From positions 1-24,508 of the forward strand of contig JBBIJY010000034.1 of NCBI GenBank assembly GCA_037445735.1: DNA of 24,508 nucleotides. The letters run 5' to 3'. Below, piece by piece: positions 23,577-24,508 of this stretch. Within the stretch, counting starts at the first letter, position 1. Every line of letters starts with the position of its first letter. The notes under the pieces are model-generated. The model was not told the origin of the DNA, did not search any database, and saw only the letters and a list, made by a program, of their open reading frames with translations. This stretch comes from Armatimonadota bacterium (GTDB taxonomy: Bacteria > Armatimonadota > Fimbriimonadia > Fimbriimonadales > GBS-DC). Both the position numbers and the translations under genes were made by a program.

Positions 23577-23610
23577 AAACCCGCATTTTCATCAGCCCGC
23601 GTATCGCGCT

Positions 23611-23627
23611 CTGGCACGCTCCGTGCT
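23611..23627 (+). promoter_or_regulatory. Sigma-54 (-24/-12) promoter
   Basis: CTGGCACGctccGTGCT versus consensus YTGGCACG-N4-TTGCW: one mismatch, exact GG-N10-GC spacing, about 50 nt before the PEP-CTERM gene. Confidence 0.75.
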
Positions 23628-23678
23628 TCTCCCCTTCACACGCAGGCAACGCCTGCGATCCACAGGAGGTGCGAAACG

Positions 23679-24356
23679 ATGCGCAAGGGAACAATCGCAA
23701 AATGGTTTGGGCTGAGCGGTCTTCTCGCCAGTTTGAGCGCGGGCAACCTCTATGCCAGCGACCCCCAGTTCAATGCGGAGAAGACCTCTTTTCTGGGGAT
23801 TATCACGCTCCGAATAACGGCTGTCTCGCCCGGCGCCAGCACGCCAATCTGGTACAGCGGCAACACGCTGAATGTGAAGGCGGGACAGTATCAGATTGTC
23901 TCGTCGGGTGCGCCCCAGAACTTTGCCTTCTGCGTCGATCTGGATCACTGGATGACACTCAATCGGGACTATACCTACGAGTTGTGGCTGGCACATGGTC
24001 GCGCTGGCGCCTTGCTGAATCTCAGGAACGGCTTCCTGACAGGGAGCGATCTCAATAAGAAAGGGGCAGGCTTTCAGGTCGCGATGTGGGAGATTGCGTA
24101 TGACCACGCGCTTGGCAACAGCGTGAGCCTCACCAGTGGTGTATTCAAATACTCGGCGAACACAGCTATCAAGAACTACGCCAGCTCGCTGCTTGCCAGC
24201 ACAGCGGGTCAGAGTGCGCCCTACTTTTATCTGCGAGCGCTCGGGCACGGCTCCAATCGGGGTCAGGACCTGGTGATGCCTGTGCCGGAGCCGGGTGCGC
24301 TGATTGCGCTGGGCACAGGTCTGATTGGCTTACTAACTCGTCGCCGACGCGGATGA
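23679..24356 (+). CDS. PEP-CTERM sorting-domain surface protein with thioester-domain-like motifs
   Basis: Signal peptide; C-terminal VPEPG, TM helix and RRRR; single Cys in AFCVD, FQVAMW, GQDLV; SD AGGAGG 23664-23669. Confidence 0.9.
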   Translation: MRKGTIAKWFGLSGLLASLSAGNLYASDPQFNAEKTSFLGIITLRITAVSPGASTPIWYSGNTLNVKAGQYQIVSSGAPQNFAFCVDLDHWMTLNRDYTYELWLAHGRAGALLNLRNGFLTGSDLNKKGAGFQVAMWEIAYDHALGNSVSLTSGVFKYSANTAIKNYASSLLASTAGQSAPYFYLRALGHGSNRGQDLVMPVPEPGALIALGTGLIGLLTRRRRG

Positions 24357-24360
24357 TGTT

Positions 24361-24452
24361 CCCCCTCACCTGTACAGCGTAGCCTGAGCGTCCCGCTCAG
24401 GGATACCCCCTCGTCTGGACCCTCTCTCCCGCGAGGGTACGGGTGAGGGGGC
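24361..24452. repeat. REP/REPIN-like composite palindrome
   Basis: Outer arms ccccctcacctgtac (24361-24375) and gtacgggtgaggggg (24437-24451) pair 14/15; inner hairpin cctgagcg/cgctcagg (24383-24401). Confidence 0.85.
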
Positions 24453-24489
24453 TAATCAGAACTTTTGTCCCTCCCATCTCGCGAAAAAG

Positions 24490-24500
24490 TGGGGTATAAT
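24490..24500 (+). promoter_or_regulatory. -10 element for a gene beyond the window
   Basis: TGGGGTATAAT, identical to 9381-9391. Confidence 0.6.
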
Positions 24501-24508
24501 AGAACTGG

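Overview
A GC-rich bacterial chromosomal window. The protein architectures (FlgD-like C-terminal domain, PEP-CTERM, 'SGGGYDLSWWTIDGGG' protein) suggest an Armatimonadota-like diderm; this is inference only. Left part (- strand): a cell-surface cluster with a 1556-aa exported double-WD40/Ig-repeat/FlgD-like protein, a Gly-tethered lipoprotein, a secreted trimeric-fibre-like protein with a C-terminal Peptidase_S74 chaperone, and the 5' end of a small secreted partner gene missed by the ORF track. Housekeeping core: thrS, obgE, an M1 aminopeptidase, an AddB-like nuclease, mreB and mreC. Also present: a lone hicB, a visibly AT-richer three-gene islet (Cys-rich exported protein, unknown exported protein, ECF sigma factor), a GHL10/DigH-like hydrolase, a membrane-protein gene split by a homopolymer frameshift, a Zn-ribbon membrane protein, and a sigma-54-preceded PEP-CTERM protein with Cys-Gln thioester-domain motifs. 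A REP/REPIN-like palindromic family occurs four times, once in-frame inside the addB-like gene. Many genes share a GG-TAnAnT -10 element, and several look leaderless. No rRNA, tRNA, CRISPR array, integrase or transposase was recognised.
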